Origin: a virus
Lineage: Duplodnaviria; Caudoviricetes
Reading direction: 5' to 3' (one strand)
Length of the DNA: 64,000 nucleotides
Virus record (IMG/VR): IMGVR_UViG_2931736537_000001
Location: 32,001-96,000 of that record
Made by a program: the position numbers and the translations under genes. Below the pieces are notes generated by a model. It was not told the origin of the DNA. It did no database searches and saw nothing but the letters and a program-made list of their open reading frames with translations. Of this stretch, positions 19,800 through 29,808 are shown one piece after another; positions within the stretch are counted from its first letter, which is position 1, and each line of letters starts with the position of its first letter.

Positions 19800-20387
19800 G
19801 TGGACTGGATCGTCACTGCTACCCAACAGACCGCCTCGAGTAGCAGTCCCGTCTGGCTGTCGGCTCTGCTCGGTGGTGTCGGCGCGATGCTGGGAGGCTC
19901 GATCACCTCTGTGGTGGCCTGGCGTGTCCTGTCCGACACGAAGTCGGCCAGGCGGCGTGCCGAAGAGCGCGAGGCGTCAGCGGCCATCAGCGCCGCCCTC
20001 CTGAAGGTCCGCCAGAAGTACAAGAATGACGGCATGGGCACCGACCGGCTCCCGGAGGGGTTCGACACCTGGCCCGACTACTTCCACTCGCTCCTTGGCG
20101 AAGCGGAAGTCGCTGTCCTGACCTTCACCGACAGGGGTCTACGGGACCGCCTCACCGGCTCCCTCGATCTGCTGATCTGGGGCGCCCACGATGACCAGCT
20201 ACTTCACGAGAGCCGCCTGAGCTTTCCACGCGTGGTGGCGTACGCGGCGTACAACGATGCCCTTGCGTGCCTCGGCGCCAACCTCCGCAACGAGCCGCTG
20301 CCCAACCCCACAGACACTTGGACTACGGCGCACCGCCAGCTGCAGTGGCAGGAGGAGCAGGTACGGCGGGCAGAAGCAGGAGAGTAG
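19800..20387 (+). CDS. Hypothetical protein with N-terminal TM segment
   Basis: LSALLGGVGAMLGGSIT followed by charged helix. Confidence 0.7.
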   Translation: MDWIVTATQQTASSSSPVWLSALLGGVGAMLGGSITSVVAWRVLSDTKSARRRAEEREASAAISAALLKVRQKYKNDGMGTDRLPEGFDTWPDYFHSLLGEAEVAVLTFTDRGLRDRLTGSLDLLIWGAHDDQLLHESRLSFPRVVAYAAYNDALACLGANLRNEPLPNPTDTWTTAHRQLQWQEEQVRRAEAGE

Positions 20388-20759
20388 CCGCAGCACCACT
20401 GTGCCGTCCGCAACGCTAAGGCGATCGCCCGGCTGCGGACGGCCCTGGCCCGAGCAGTCCGGCCGGCCCCGCCGCTCTCGTACGGCCTCGGGGCACGTCC
20501 TAATCATCCCACCGGGCAACGGGCCGTCAGCGGGCGACCGTCGATGCGGTCCGTACCCGGTTGTCGGCGGCAGCCGGTACCGTAGTGACCACGGCATGAC
20601 GCGAACCGCCGTTTCCGCTGCCGCCCCAGCGCCCACGCCGCACCGGGGCAGCGCCGTCGGACAAGGACCGCACCAGGGTCCCGCGCAGCACCACCTGAAG
20701 CACCCGTCCGTCCGGCTGCGCCCCTCACGCGACGTCCGGCGGGAAGCGTGGGGTCCCGC

Positions 20760-21335
20760 ATGGAGACGACCGTGACCAAAGCAGGCAGCGACTACCTCAA
20801 GAACCAGGCCCGCGAGATCCGCAGGACCACAGGCCGGCGGCTCCCCGACATCCTCGCCGAGCTGCGCGCCCCCCGCCGGGCGCCGTCCAAGGAACTCGTC
20901 CCGCTGTGCAAGGGCTTCGCACACCCCATCGACGGAGGGCGCTGCGCCCAGGTGGCCGGCCACCCGGGCCACTGGACGTGGTGCGGGTCAGAACCGCACT
21001 TCGCCGCGCACGTCTGGCAGGGCTACGTCGAGGCCCGGGACGCCGCCGAGCACGCCAAGCACGAGGCGTGGCTGGCCTCCCTGACCGCCAAGGAACGCAC
21101 GGAGTACGAGGCCGAGCAAGAGGCCGCGCACTGGGCGCAGATGGCCGAAGACGCCCGCGAGCCGTACGACCCGGACGAGGAGAGGGCCATCGAATTCGCG
21201 CTCGACGCAGCCGACGAGGAACGCTGGGAGGCGCAGCGGGAGGCGGAGATGACCGAGCGGGCCGACGACGACGGCTACGTCGACCTCACCGATGACGAGT
21301 ACTACGGGTACTTCGCCGACGAGGACCCCCGATGA
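20760..21335 (+). CDS. Acidic hypothetical protein
   Basis: Codon bias; ATGA coupling to next gene. Confidence 0.7.
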   Translation: METTVTKAGSDYLKNQAREIRRTTGRRLPDILAELRAPRRAPSKELVPLCKGFAHPIDGGRCAQVAGHPGHWTWCGSEPHFAAHVWQGYVEARDAAEHAKHEAWLASLTAKERTEYEAEQEAAHWAQMAEDAREPYDPDEERAIEFALDAADEERWEAQREAEMTERADDDGYVDLTDDEYYGYFADEDPR

Positions 21336-21856
21336 CCAGGTACTGGTCGGTCGTGCAGCACCGCGCCGCCGAGTACTCCCTCGCGCAGCAGCAGCCCGGC
21401 GCCTCCCTGCTGGCCGGCCTGCCGGTGATGGCCGCGCACGCCGCCGCCTTCTCGGCTTTCCACACCCTGCACGTGGCGCAGTTCTGCCTGGCCGTCATCG
21501 TGTCCGAGGACTGCCCCGACCACCTGCGCGGACCGGCGGGCGTCCCGGACCTGGCCCGCCTGGTGCCCGCCGACACCGACGCCCTCACCGTGCTGGCCAC
21601 CGCCGAGGACCAGCGGGCCCTGTTCGGCTCGGGGCTCGCCGAGGAGCTGCGCAACGTGGAGGACCAGGTGGCGGCGACGGGCCGCGCCCGGGCGGCAGTC
21701 CAGCGCGTGCTGGACCAGGTCCCGCACGGGCTCGCCGGCCGCCAGCGGATGCTGGACATCGTCTACGAGCTCCGGGACGACCCGCGGGGCATCTCCGCGT
21801 TCCTCGCCCTGACCGCCGTGGCGCTGCGCGAGGTCGCGGTCCCCTCGCCCGGATGA
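21332..21856 (+). CDS. Hypothetical protein
   Basis: GAGG RBS, coupled start. Confidence 0.7.
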   Translation: MTRYWSVVQHRAAEYSLAQQQPGASLLAGLPVMAAHAAAFSAFHTLHVAQFCLAVIVSEDCPDHLRGPAGVPDLARLVPADTDALTVLATAEDQRALFGSGLAEELRNVEDQVAATGRARAAVQRVLDQVPHGLAGRQRMLDIVYELRDDPRGISAFLALTAVALREVAVPSPG

Positions 21857-21885
21857 CGGGCACCGCCCGCCGGCACCGGGCCCCG

Positions 21886-22191
21886 TCAGGAGGGCTGCGC
21901 GCCCTCGGCAGGCCCGGTGCGGACGACCGATGCCATGAAGCCGAGGCCGGAAGGACGCCAGGCGTCCGCGCCGGTGGGGCCGAGAGCGAAGCCCGCCTCG
22001 GCGAGACGGCGGCCTGCCGCCTCCTGCTGGAAACCCTCCCACTCCGGGAGGTCCACCGTGGCCTGGACGGCGAGGTCCTCGTCGAGGACGTTGAGCTGGT
22101 AGCCGTGCTCGACCCGGCCGTCATCGTGCGGGTGGCTGTTCGGCGTACAGACGGCCATGAGACCGGACATGGGGACCTCCTGGGGGTTCAC
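21886..22191 (-). CDS. Hypothetical protein
   Basis: ORF; true start may be the internal ATG after AGGAGG. Confidence 0.6.
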   Translation of the reverse strand: MNPQEVPMSGLMAVCTPNSHPHDDGRVEHGYQLNVLDEDLAVQATVDLPEWEGFQQEAAGRRLAEAGFALGPTGADAWRPSGLGFMASVVRTGPAEGAQPS

Positions 22192-22260
22192 AGCGGCCGG
22201 AGCGGTTCGGGATCCGGCCGCGCCCCATCGTGCCGTACAGGGCTGACAGCCGGGGCGGGT

Positions 22261-22521
22261 TCAGGACGCGGGCACGACCGTCGGGCCCGCGATCCGCATC
22301 CGGGCGCCGTCGTACTGCACGACCTCGCCGGGCAGGATGAGCAGGCCCGCTTCTCCGTCGCGCCAGGCCTCCCCGATCCGGCGCACCTGGACCGCGGGCC
22401 CGCTGGCGCCGGCCATGAAGACCGTGGGGTCGATCTCCCAGCCGTGACCGGCCAACCACTGCTCCAGAGCGAGGGAGTCCCCGGTGCTCGCACCCCGCGG
22501 CCACTCGAACGTACTCGTCAC
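22261..22521 (-). CDS. Hypothetical protein
   Basis: Purine-rich RBS, GTG start. Confidence 0.55.
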   Translation of the reverse strand: MTSTFEWPRGASTGDSLALEQWLAGHGWEIDPTVFMAGASGPAVQVRRIGEAWRDGEAGLLILPGEVVQYDGARMRIAGPTVVPAS

Positions 22522-22723
22522 GCCAATCCCCCTTCGACCGTGCACTCCGTGGACCCGATCCTGCCACCGCCCACTGACACCCCACCGGCCGGCGACCGCA
22601 CGCCGGGAAACAGTGTGCCTGCGAAGCACAGGCGGAGCGTGGCGGCCCCGCCCTCTTCCGTAGGCGTGGCCGCGGGTGCCAAGCCTTGGAAACACAGGAA
22701 CGGGCGCCGGGTCGATGCTGGCT

Positions 22724-22975
22724 TCACAGCTCCCGGTGGATCACCTCGACGCCGTCGGCCCACGTCCGCACCGGCTCCCGTTCCTCGCCGGCGTCCACCT
22801 CGAGCGTGACGGTCACCCCGCGGACGCTGCCGTGCGTCCCGACCAGCGCCCGGAACTTGCGCAGGGCCACCTCGCCGTCGGCCCAGGTCCCCTCGATCGC
22901 CGGGCCGCCCTTGCGGAACGTCATCCGTACGTGGAAGTCCCCGCCGTCGGAGGGCTCGGCGGGCGGGGTACTCAC
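22724..22975 (-). CDS. Hypothetical protein coupled to recombinase
   Basis: GTGA overlap with recombinase stop. Confidence 0.6.
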   Translation of the reverse strand: MSTPPAEPSDGGDFHVRMTFRKGGPAIEGTWADGEVALRKFRALVGTHGSVRGVTVTLEVDAGEEREPVRTWADGVEVIHREL

Positions 22976-24141
22976 TGCTGCTCCGCGGCGCGCTGCTTCT
23001 CGCTCACCTTGTGCCAGGGGTTCTCCGCCCGGCTCTGCGCCCGGTCGAGGTACTCCTTCTTCACCGTGGCGCTGCCCGGCTTCCACCGGCCCTGCTTCGT
23101 CGGGTCGCCGCCGGCGTCCGCGATCTCCTGGGCGCCGCCGCGTCGCAGGCCGTGCGCGGTGATGTCCTGCCAGTTGGGCAGGTCGGCGGCGTAGGCCATG
23201 CCCCGGATCCAGTCGTTGACGGCGTCGCCGGTGACGAAGTCGCCCCGGACCGTGGCGGTGGCCCGGGACTGCAGCGTCCCGGCGACCGTCAGGGCCCGCA
23301 GCACCGGCCCCGAGTCGACGCCGAGCCGGTGCAGGCAGTTCAGCCAGTCCCGGGTGGCCTGCACCGGGTCGTACAGGCCCTCGTCGCCGGCGGAGGGCAC
23401 CCAGGTGTCCTCACCGTGGGCATCCTGGTCGGTCTTGGAGTAGGCGACCCACTGGGCCACGCCGCCGTCCTCGACGGTCAGGTCCTCGATCGTCAGGTCG
23501 GCCAGTTCGATCCGCCGGTTGAGGGCCTTGCGGCCGACGACCACCACGAACCGGTTCCGCAGCCCGATGGGGTGGCGCAGGTCGCAGGTGTCGACCATCG
23601 CCCGGGCCATCGCGGCCGTGATGGCCGGCGCCTTACGGACCCGGTTCCGCTTCAGCCACTGCTTGCGGTACTCGCGCAGCAGGCCGCGGGCCTTGCTGGT
23701 GCCGGGCTTCTTGTCGTCGGGCATCCACGTCCGCACGGCCGACAGGTACGTGCTGATCGTGTTCGGGCTCATGCCCCGGGCGATCAGGTGCGCGCAGTAC
23801 TCCACGTACGTCGCCGTCGTGCAGGGCCGCGCGACCCGGCCCATCCCGTCGCACCACTCTTCGAACAGCTTGCGCTGGTTCTTGTAGTTGCGGTCCGTGT
23901 TGGCCGGCGCCGACTCTTCCTCCAGGCGCCGGGCGGTCTCCTCGGACACCTCGAAGTCCCGGCGGGTGTACCGCGGGGCGGTGGCCTCGCTCGGCAGGGC
24001 CTCGCCGGGGTAGAGGATTGTGTGCTGGTCGACGGGCGGCTTGGCGGGCGCGGCCGGAAGTGGCACGGACGGCAGGACTTCGTCGTCGTCGACCAGCTCG
24101 GCGTCGACGACCTCGGTGGGCTCGAGTTCGGACGTGGTCAT
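22972..24141 (-). CDS. Tyrosine recombinase, Cre-like (probable multimer resolvase)
   Basis: NRRIEL (R), SKTDQ (K), HGLRRG (HxxR), QGRW, KEYL (Y); SAM-like N-terminus. Confidence 0.9.
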   Translation of the reverse strand: MTTSELEPTEVVDAELVDDDEVLPSVPLPAAPAKPPVDQHTILYPGEALPSEATAPRYTRRDFEVSEETARRLEEESAPANTDRNYKNQRKLFEEWCDGMGRVARPCTTATYVEYCAHLIARGMSPNTISTYLSAVRTWMPDDKKPGTSKARGLLREYRKQWLKRNRVRKAPAITAAMARAMVDTCDLRHPIGLRNRFVVVVGRKALNRRIELADLTIEDLTVEDGGVAQWVAYSKTDQDAHGEDTWVPSAGDEGLYDPVQATRDWLNCLHRLGVDSGPVLRALTVAGTLQSRATATVRGDFVTGDAVNDWIRGMAYAADLPNWQDITAHGLRRGGAQEIADAGGDPTKQGRWKPGSATVKKEYLDRAQSRAENPWHKVSEKQRAAEQQ

Positions 24142-24419
24142 GGCGTCACCGAGCCGCAGCCGGGCGGGGAGCGACGGGCATGGACGGGGCCTTTCGGGAG
24201 CGGGCGGCGCGGGGAGGGACGCCGTACAGCTAGTTGATCACTGTTTGTGGTGGTTAGCGGTGTGTTGGGCGGCACACCGCCGGGCGGAGGCGGCACATGG
24301 GCGGCCGGTCGTGCCTGCGGCCGGGCAACCGCAGGTCACAGCCTGATCAACACGGCCGCACCGTACGGACGGGCGGGAGACGCTGGGCACCACCACACCA
24401 CCTTGGGGGGAGCACTCCT

Positions 24420-24683
24420 GTGTCCGACGAGCCGAGCTACCGCGACGTCCAGTCCGCGGTGAGGGTCGAGAAGTTCCGCATATGGTTCGCTTGGTTCTCC
24501 GGCGGCTTCATCATGCTCGGCATCGCGCTCGCCTGCCAGGACATCGCCGTCGTCAGCGTCATCACGCAGGTCCTGCTGGTCGTGCTCGGCATCCTGTCCA
24601 CCATCGCCGCGGTGACGATGTCCAACCGGCTCAACCGCCGGGCCGCAGAGGCCCGCCGGCGGGTCCTCGGCGACGACATGTGA
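24420..24683 (+). CDS. Small two-TM membrane protein
   Basis: GGAG RBS; two hydrophobic helices. Confidence 0.7.
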   Translation: MSDEPSYRDVQSAVRVEKFRIWFAWFSGGFIMLGIALACQDIAVVSVITQVLLVVLGILSTIAAVTMSNRLNRRAAEARRRVLGDDM

Positions 24684-24699
24684 CGTCGGCCGCGGCGTC

Positions 24700-25293
24700 T
24701 CAGGTCTCCGGGGGCCGCTCCTCGGCGGCAGGGCGCGCGATGGACGGCTCCCGCTGAGTGAGCACCAGCGCCACGGTGTCGAGGAGCCGACGGCCGAGGT
24801 GCTGCAGCTCCTGCTCGTGCGCGGCCAGGGCCGTACGGCTGGCGGTGCTCCGGAACTCCAGGGCCTCGCGCAGCGCGTCGGCGGCATACGCCATACGCCC
24901 CAGCGCCTGGTCCTCGTCGTGGGCGGTCGGCACCGGGGCCGTCGGCAGCCGCTCGAGGAGCTGCTGCAGCTCGGCGTCCGGGACCGCAGCCGCGGGCCGG
25001 TTCTCCAGGAGTGCGCCGCGCAGCGTCTCGGCGATCGGCTGGGCGGGCACATGGAGACGGTCCGGATCGGCCCGGCGGGCGGCGACGAAGCGGGCGAAGA
25101 CACTGGTGTCCTCGGGCATGGGCAGTCCTAGGGTTGCGGCGAGAAGCGCCTCGGCGGAGATGCCGTGCGCGTAGCGGCAGGTGGGGTTCTGGCAGGCGTG
25201 CACGTTACTGGCCGGCGCGAAGTACAGAGCCGTGCCGTGCACCGGGCAGCAGCACAACTCGTCGCACCGGTGCAGTGCGCGGACGGCGGTCAC
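24700..25293 (-). CDS. Hypothetical protein with N-terminal Zn motif
   Basis: CCCPVH...HACQNPTC; GTGA coupling. Confidence 0.6.
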   Translation of the reverse strand: MTAVRALHRCDELCCCPVHGTALYFAPASNVHACQNPTCRYAHGISAEALLAATLGLPMPEDTSVFARFVAARRADPDRLHVPAQPIAETLRGALLENRPAAAVPDAELQQLLERLPTAPVPTAHDEDQALGRMAYAADALREALEFRSTASRTALAAHEQELQHLGRRLLDTVALVLTQREPSIARPAAEERPPET

Positions 25294-25802
25294 GGGCGCA
25301 TCCCGGTCAGCCGCTCGGCCACCGGTACGGAGGCGATGTCCCGGGCGCCGGCCACGCCCTCGCTCAGCTCGGTCAGTTCGCGGCGCACGTCCCCGTGCTC
25401 GGCGGTTCCGACCAGGGCTGCGGACAGCATCTGCCCGACCGGGTCGCTGTAGGCGTGCTCGCCCCGGCGCACCGCGCGCAGCCGGTGCAGGTTCACGACG
25501 TCCCAGGCCCGGTTGTTGGACTCGCGCACGGCGACGCTGGCGTCCCGGGCGGCCTGCAGGGAGCGCAGTATGCCGACGACGTTGTGGCTGGCGAGGTGCT
25601 CGAGGACCTTCGCCTCCAGCAGCGCGGGGGCGCTCGGCCGGGTGGCGTCGTCGTCGTGGTGCCAGTCGCAGCCGTCCAACGGGCAGGCGTAGCACGGCCA
25701 GAGCTCCAGGGCCGCGCGGCTGTAGTGCGGCGCCTGGCCGTGGTCGGCCTTCCACAGGCCCGCATGCTTCGCGGCCTGGAGGGCGCTGGATGCGTGGCTC
25801 AC
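25290..25802 (-). CDS. Hypothetical protein with C2H2-like motif
   Basis: CPLDGCDW...EHLASH; GGAGG RBS. Confidence 0.65.
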   Translation of the reverse strand: MSHASSALQAAKHAGLWKADHGQAPHYSRAALELWPCYACPLDGCDWHHDDDATRPSAPALLEAKVLEHLASHNVVGILRSLQAARDASVAVRESNNRAWDVVNLHRLRAVRRGEHAYSDPVGQMLSAALVGTAEHGDVRRELTELSEGVAGARDIASVPVAERLTGMRP

Positions 25803-25816
25803 GTCGGGGACCTCCG

Positions 25817-26149
25817 TCACTCGGGGGTGGGAAGGCCGACGAGGTGCTGCGGCGGCTCGTCGTCGCCGTAGACCAGGGCGAGTTGGTGGATGACGGCGGT
25901 GAGGCCGGGCAGCAGAGTCCGAGCGCCGGACTCGTTGGGCGGGGTGAAGCCCTCGAGGTCGAAGTTCAGCGCCCACGCGTGCAGGAAGCTGTCGTCGCGC
26001 CGGGCCCGGGCGGAGGCCGCCTCGTACAAGTCGAGGACGCGCAGCACAGCCTTGTGCAGCTCGGGCGCGGCATCGGCTGGGGCGCCAGCGATCGTCTCGC
26101 GTAGCCAGGTGACGGTCTCGTCCGTTCGGTCCGGCAGGGGCTCGGTCAC
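25817..26149 (-). CDS. Hypothetical protein
   Basis: GTGA coupling to upstream gene. Confidence 0.6.
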   Translation of the reverse strand: MTEPLPDRTDETVTWLRETIAGAPADAAPELHKAVLRVLDLYEAASARARRDDSFLHAWALNFDLEGFTPPNESGARTLLPGLTAVIHQLALVYGDDEPPQHLVGLPTPE

Positions 26150-27303
26150 TGCATCTCCGTTCGGGGGCGGATTGCGGACGGGCGCAAGTTCTTCCCGTCT
26201 TCATGGGCTTGGACGTGCGAGCGAGCATCGACGACGAACATGGCCCACCGGGTGTTACTGCGGAACTTGAAGTCGGAGATCACGCGGTCCGCATTCAGTA
26301 GGTTGCTCAGTGATCCCAGTCCGGGAAACAGGTAGTTGCCGACTGATCCAAGGGCCATCGTGCCCAGGGTGCGCAACAGGGTCGGTCGATGCTGGATTCG
26401 AAGCGCCTCATCACGAGCCGCGTCAATGAGCTGTTCGACCTGCTGCGCCAGTGCCGTTGCAGTGCCGGCGGGCGAGGGGCGCCCTGTGAGGAACTCCCGC
26501 AGGTCCTTGATGCGCTTGTCGCTGCGCAAGTCGGAGATGTAACCGTGGTAGGCCCCTCGGGGAGTCAACCTCTCAGCGCTTCGGAGGTGAAGGATTTCCT
26601 CAATGGCCGTGATCTGGGTTGCGTGAAATTGCGCCCCATCGAGGTCATCACCGCCGGTCGTCTGCCAGAGGCTGGGCAGCACCCCGGAGCCGGAGTTGAT
26701 GATGACGTCCATCGGGCCGAGGCCGAGAGCGTCCGCGATCAGGAACTGGGAGAGTTGGTGCAGATCTGCCCACACGCCGAGCCATGGGGTCTCAGTGTGC
26801 TGGATGGGCGCCAGCGAGCAAGTGTAACCACCGGACTCCATGGCGTGCGTGAGGTGATCGCGCAGCCGACTGTGCTGGGCCCAGCGGCGCGCGTACTTGC
26901 GGTTGCGTGCGGGGTCGGCCGCCGCCCCGGGGCCATCGGCGTGCTGCTCCGCCCAGAGGGCCCGCAACATCCGGAGGCCGTCTGCGCCTGCCTCCTCGGC
27001 AGTCTTCGCCAACTGGGGGTCGTCAGAGACAAACTTCACGAAGTCAAGGTTCTGCATGTCCGCCGGACAATGCCTTCGCTTCAGAAACCACAGCTCGTCG
27101 TAGCAGAGTGCTAGTCCGTTCGCGTTCTCCAGGACTGCGTTCGGCCAACCGATGCGTCCATCGGGTCGATAGATGTAGGCATGGTCGAAGAAGGCGGGAG
27201 CGAAGTCGCCTAGGAACGCCCGACGTTTCGTCGGCCGCCAGCCCCCCGCCTGTGAGGTCCCTGGAACCATGACAGTGGGCTGCTGCGGTTGGTCGTTGTC
27301 CAT
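26146..27303 (-). CDS. Hypothetical protein, lower-GC insert
   Basis: 385-aa ORF, GGAG RBS, weaker GC3 bias than neighbours. Confidence 0.7.
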   Translation of the reverse strand: MDNDQPQQPTVMVPGTSQAGGWRPTKRRAFLGDFAPAFFDHAYIYRPDGRIGWPNAVLENANGLALCYDELWFLKRRHCPADMQNLDFVKFVSDDPQLAKTAEEAGADGLRMLRALWAEQHADGPGAAADPARNRKYARRWAQHSRLRDHLTHAMESGGYTCSLAPIQHTETPWLGVWADLHQLSQFLIADALGLGPMDVIINSGSGVLPSLWQTTGGDDLDGAQFHATQITAIEEILHLRSAERLTPRGAYHGYISDLRSDKRIKDLREFLTGRPSPAGTATALAQQVEQLIDAARDEALRIQHRPTLLRTLGTMALGSVGNYLFPGLGSLSNLLNADRVISDFKFRSNTRWAMFVVDARSHVQAHEDGKNLRPSAIRPRTEMQ

Positions 27304-27355
27304 GCCCTCTCCCCCTCAGGATCGTTCCTGACGAACCAGCCTCGTATAAGGGAAT

Positions 27356-27619
27356 TTATACGAGGGTCCCTACGCGGTCCGCCACGACACCATGTCCGCA
27401 GGGGGAGAACCAGTACGACGTCGGGAGTCCGCCCCGGCCGCGCACGTAGCTCTGCACCCCGGCGCCGCACTCCAGGCACGGTGGCAGCGGCCAGTCCTCG
27501 GGGTAAGGGAGGCCACCGGCTTCGAACACCTCCTTGCGGAGGTCCAGGACCCGGTCGAGGGACTCGATCCGCTCGAGCGGGAGGATTACCCGGCCGTCGA
27601 GATCACGTGATGTCGGCAT
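27356..27619 (-). CDS. Small Zn-ribbon protein
   Basis: CLEC...PCGH. Confidence 0.55.
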   Translation of the reverse strand: MPTSRDLDGRVILPLERIESLDRVLDLRKEVFEAGGLPYPEDWPLPPCLECGAGVQSYVRGRGGLPTSYWFSPCGHGVVADRVGTLV

Positions 27620-27692
27620 GCGGCGAAGCGTAGTGTCCCGCCGGGCACCTGCAGCGGGCGTTCGCCCGATCGAGGGATGCCGTCCGCCCGTC

Positions 27693-27902
27693 CTACGCGG
27701 TCGGCCTCCATGCCGGCTCGGCGGGAACGGGAAGCTGGGCGTCGCAGTCGGGGCAGAGCCGGGCCACCAACTCGCCGGTCGGATAGGCCCGTACGGGAAG
27801 CGGCGTGAGGTGGTGGCACCGCCCCCGGATCCACTCCTCGGGGCCGCCGGCGGTGGTCACCTCCACCCACTCGAAGCGCGGATCGTCGGGCTCACCGTTC
27901 AT
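27693..27902 (-). CDS. Small hypothetical protein
   Basis: CHH...CPDC; ATGA coupling. Confidence 0.5.
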   Translation of the reverse strand: MNGEPDDPRFEWVEVTTAGGPEEWIRGRCHHLTPLPVRAYPTGELVARLCPDCDAQLPVPAEPAWRPTA

Positions 27903-28147
27903 CGCCGCGGCGTTGCTCCGTCCCGCCGGCTGTCCAGGGGAAGCACCAGGGGCACGAGTCGGAGCAGCACAGCGGGCCAGGCCAGCAGCAGCCACGTCAG
28001 CAGCCCGGGCAGGTTGTCCTCCCGGCCGCGCAGGGGCAGGGCCGCGCTCTCCGTCCCGGCGGGCCGGTTCTTCACCACGAAGACGACGATGCTCGACGTC
28101 ACCAGCCAGTTGGCGAGCCAGAGAGCCAGCAGCACGGAAGGAGTCAT
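27899..28147 (-). CDS. Small membrane protein
   Basis: Two hydrophobic segments. Confidence 0.5.
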   Translation of the reverse strand: MTPSVLLALWLANWLVTSSIVVFVVKNRPAGTESAALPLRGREDNLPGLLTWLLLAWPAVLLRLVPLVLPLDSRRDGATPRR

Positions 28148-28157
28148 ACCCCTGAAC

Positions 28158-28406
28158 CTACCCGTCCAGCGGGCCCGTGCGACCTTGCGCGCCGGGGCCC
28201 AGGCGGTGCCGACCCTGCTCGTCGACGACGATGACGGGCGGGCAGGCGGGGCACGAGTGCAGCTTCCAGCTTCCGATCCAGCGCCATCCCGCCTCCCACA
28301 GCGGCTTCCACTGCGCGTCGGCCGGCTTCGGCACGCTGGTCTTGCACACGCTGCAGGACACGGTGGCGGCGGCTGCTGCCGCGACGTCTGCTGTGGTGGT
28401 GCTCAT
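28158..28406 (-). CDS. Small Zn-finger-like protein
   Basis: CSVC...GWRW...CPAC. Confidence 0.55.
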   Translation of the reverse strand: MSTTTADVAAAAAATVSCSVCKTSVPKPADAQWKPLWEAGWRWIGSWKLHSCPACPPVIVVDEQGRHRLGPGAQGRTGPLDG

Positions 28407-28552
28407 GAGGGCAGCGTATCCGCCGTCGTGGGACCGGTGCTGGTGGGCGCTCGTGTGCAGCGCAGTAACCATTCTTCGAAATCTTGTTCCCGTGCGGTGA
28501 ATGTCCGGATACCGTCTGTGGAAGCAAGATCGCACGTTGGGGGGACACGCCC

Positions 28553-29215
28553 ATGCACGTCACTGCCGAAACCAGTACCGAGAGGCCCCCGGGCCCCCGC
28601 GCCCGCGGAGAGGTGCTGACCGTCCGCCAGCAGAAGATCGTGGCGTACATCGCTCGCTTCCTCGACGAGCACGGCTACCCGCCGTCGATGCGCGAGATCG
28701 GCGCTGCCGTGGGCCTGTCCAGTACCTCGTCCGTCGCCTACCAGCTCCAGGCTCTGGAGAAGAAGGGCGCGCTGCGTCAGGACCCCAACCGCCCGCGCGC
28801 CTACGTCCTGGCGGACAGCCGGACCGAGGCGAGCCCGGCCGTCGTTGCCCACGTGCCCCTGGTGGGGCGCATCGCCGCCGGCACGCCGATCCTGGCGGAG
28901 GAGATGGTCGAGGACGTGCTCACGTTCCCGCGGCACGTCGTCGGAGATGGCGAGCTGTTCGCGCTGAAGGTCGTGGGCGAGAGCATGATCGGCGCGGCCA
29001 TCTGCGACGGAGACGTGGTGACCGTCCGCCGGCAGGCCAGCGCCGAGCCGGGCGACATCGTGGCCGCCATGCTGGACGGCGAGGCCACGGTCAAGCGCCT
29101 GAAGCGGGACGCGGGACGGGTCTGGCTGATGCCGCACAACCCGGCGTACGCGCCCCTCGCCGGCGACGAAGCGGTCATCCTCGGCAAGGTCGTCGCCGTC
29201 CTGCGGACCCTATGA
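28553..29215 (+). CDS. lexA: LexA repressor
   Basis: [25 protein letters not shown] cleavage site, GESM (Ser), EATVKR (Lys). Confidence 0.95.
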   Translation: MHVTAETSTERPPGPRARGEVLTVRQQKIVAYIARFLDEHGYPPSMREIGAAVGLSSTSSVAYQLQALEKKGALRQDPNRPRAYVLADSRTEASPAVVAHVPLVGRIAAGTPILAEEMVEDVLTFPRHVVGDGELFALKVVGESMIGAAICDGDVVTVRRQASAEPGDIVAAMLDGEATVKRLKRDAGRVWLMPHNPAYAPLAGDEAVILGKVVAVLRTL

Positions 29216-29428
29216 CGCTGCGGCGCGAGGCGGGCCATCGCCGGCCGCCTCGCGTTCCGCCTTCCACGCGGCGTACAGCACGGGGTTCCCGGTCCACCAG
29301 TGGCACCGGCCGCAGTAGCCCTGCTCCACGTCCTTGGGGTGCCACGACTGCGCACCGCACTCGGGGCACACGATCGACGGCCGCGGATCGGTGACGGCAG
29401 CGGATGAAGGAAGCTCGAACTCACGCAC
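29210..29428 (-). CDS. Small Zn-ribbon protein
   Basis: CPEC...YCGRCH. Confidence 0.55.
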   Translation of the reverse strand: MREFELPSSAAVTDPRPSIVCPECGAQSWHPKDVEQGYCGRCHWWTGNPVLYAAWKAEREAAGDGPPRAAAS

Positions 29429-29472
29429 GACAGAAGGCTAGCCCCTGCCGCTCCCGGCTACGGTAGGCGCTC

Positions 29473-29736
29473 ATGAACGCCTACGAGCGGGCCGCGCGAC
29501 GCGCCCTCGCCACCACCGGCCAAACCCACCTCACCACCCGGCAGTTCGCCGCGCTCCTCGACCGCGTCGAGGAAGCCACCCCGCATGCACAACAACTCCA
29601 ACGCCTTCACCCCGGACACGCCACCACCCGCGAGCGCCTGCACGCCGCTGGCATGACCTGCGCACAGATTGGCCTCCACGACGACGGCGACCCGGAGTTC
29701 CTCGACGCGCTGTTGCAGGAGATCGCCCGCACATAG
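29473..29736 (+). CDS. Hypothetical protein
   Basis: Codon bias. Confidence 0.55.
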   Translation: MNAYERAARRALATTGQTHLTTRQFAALLDRVEEATPHAQQLQRLHPGHATTRERLHAAGMTCAQIGLHDDGDPEFLDALLQEIART

Positions 29737-29808
29737 GCCCCGGCAACAGCCCACCTCGGGCCGCGTCGGCCGACGGACTGGCCAGGGCGCGGCGGGGACA
29801 ATGAGCGG

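Noticed and set aside
22972-24141. Recombinase as a prophage integrase marking an element boundary
   Set aside because: Accessory genes continue on both sides, no att or tRNA seen, and the motifs are Cre-like
28553-29215. lexA, whiB and dciA as evidence of host chromosome
   Set aside because: Their usual chromosomal neighbours (nrdR; recF/gyrB) are absent and the context is phage/plasmid
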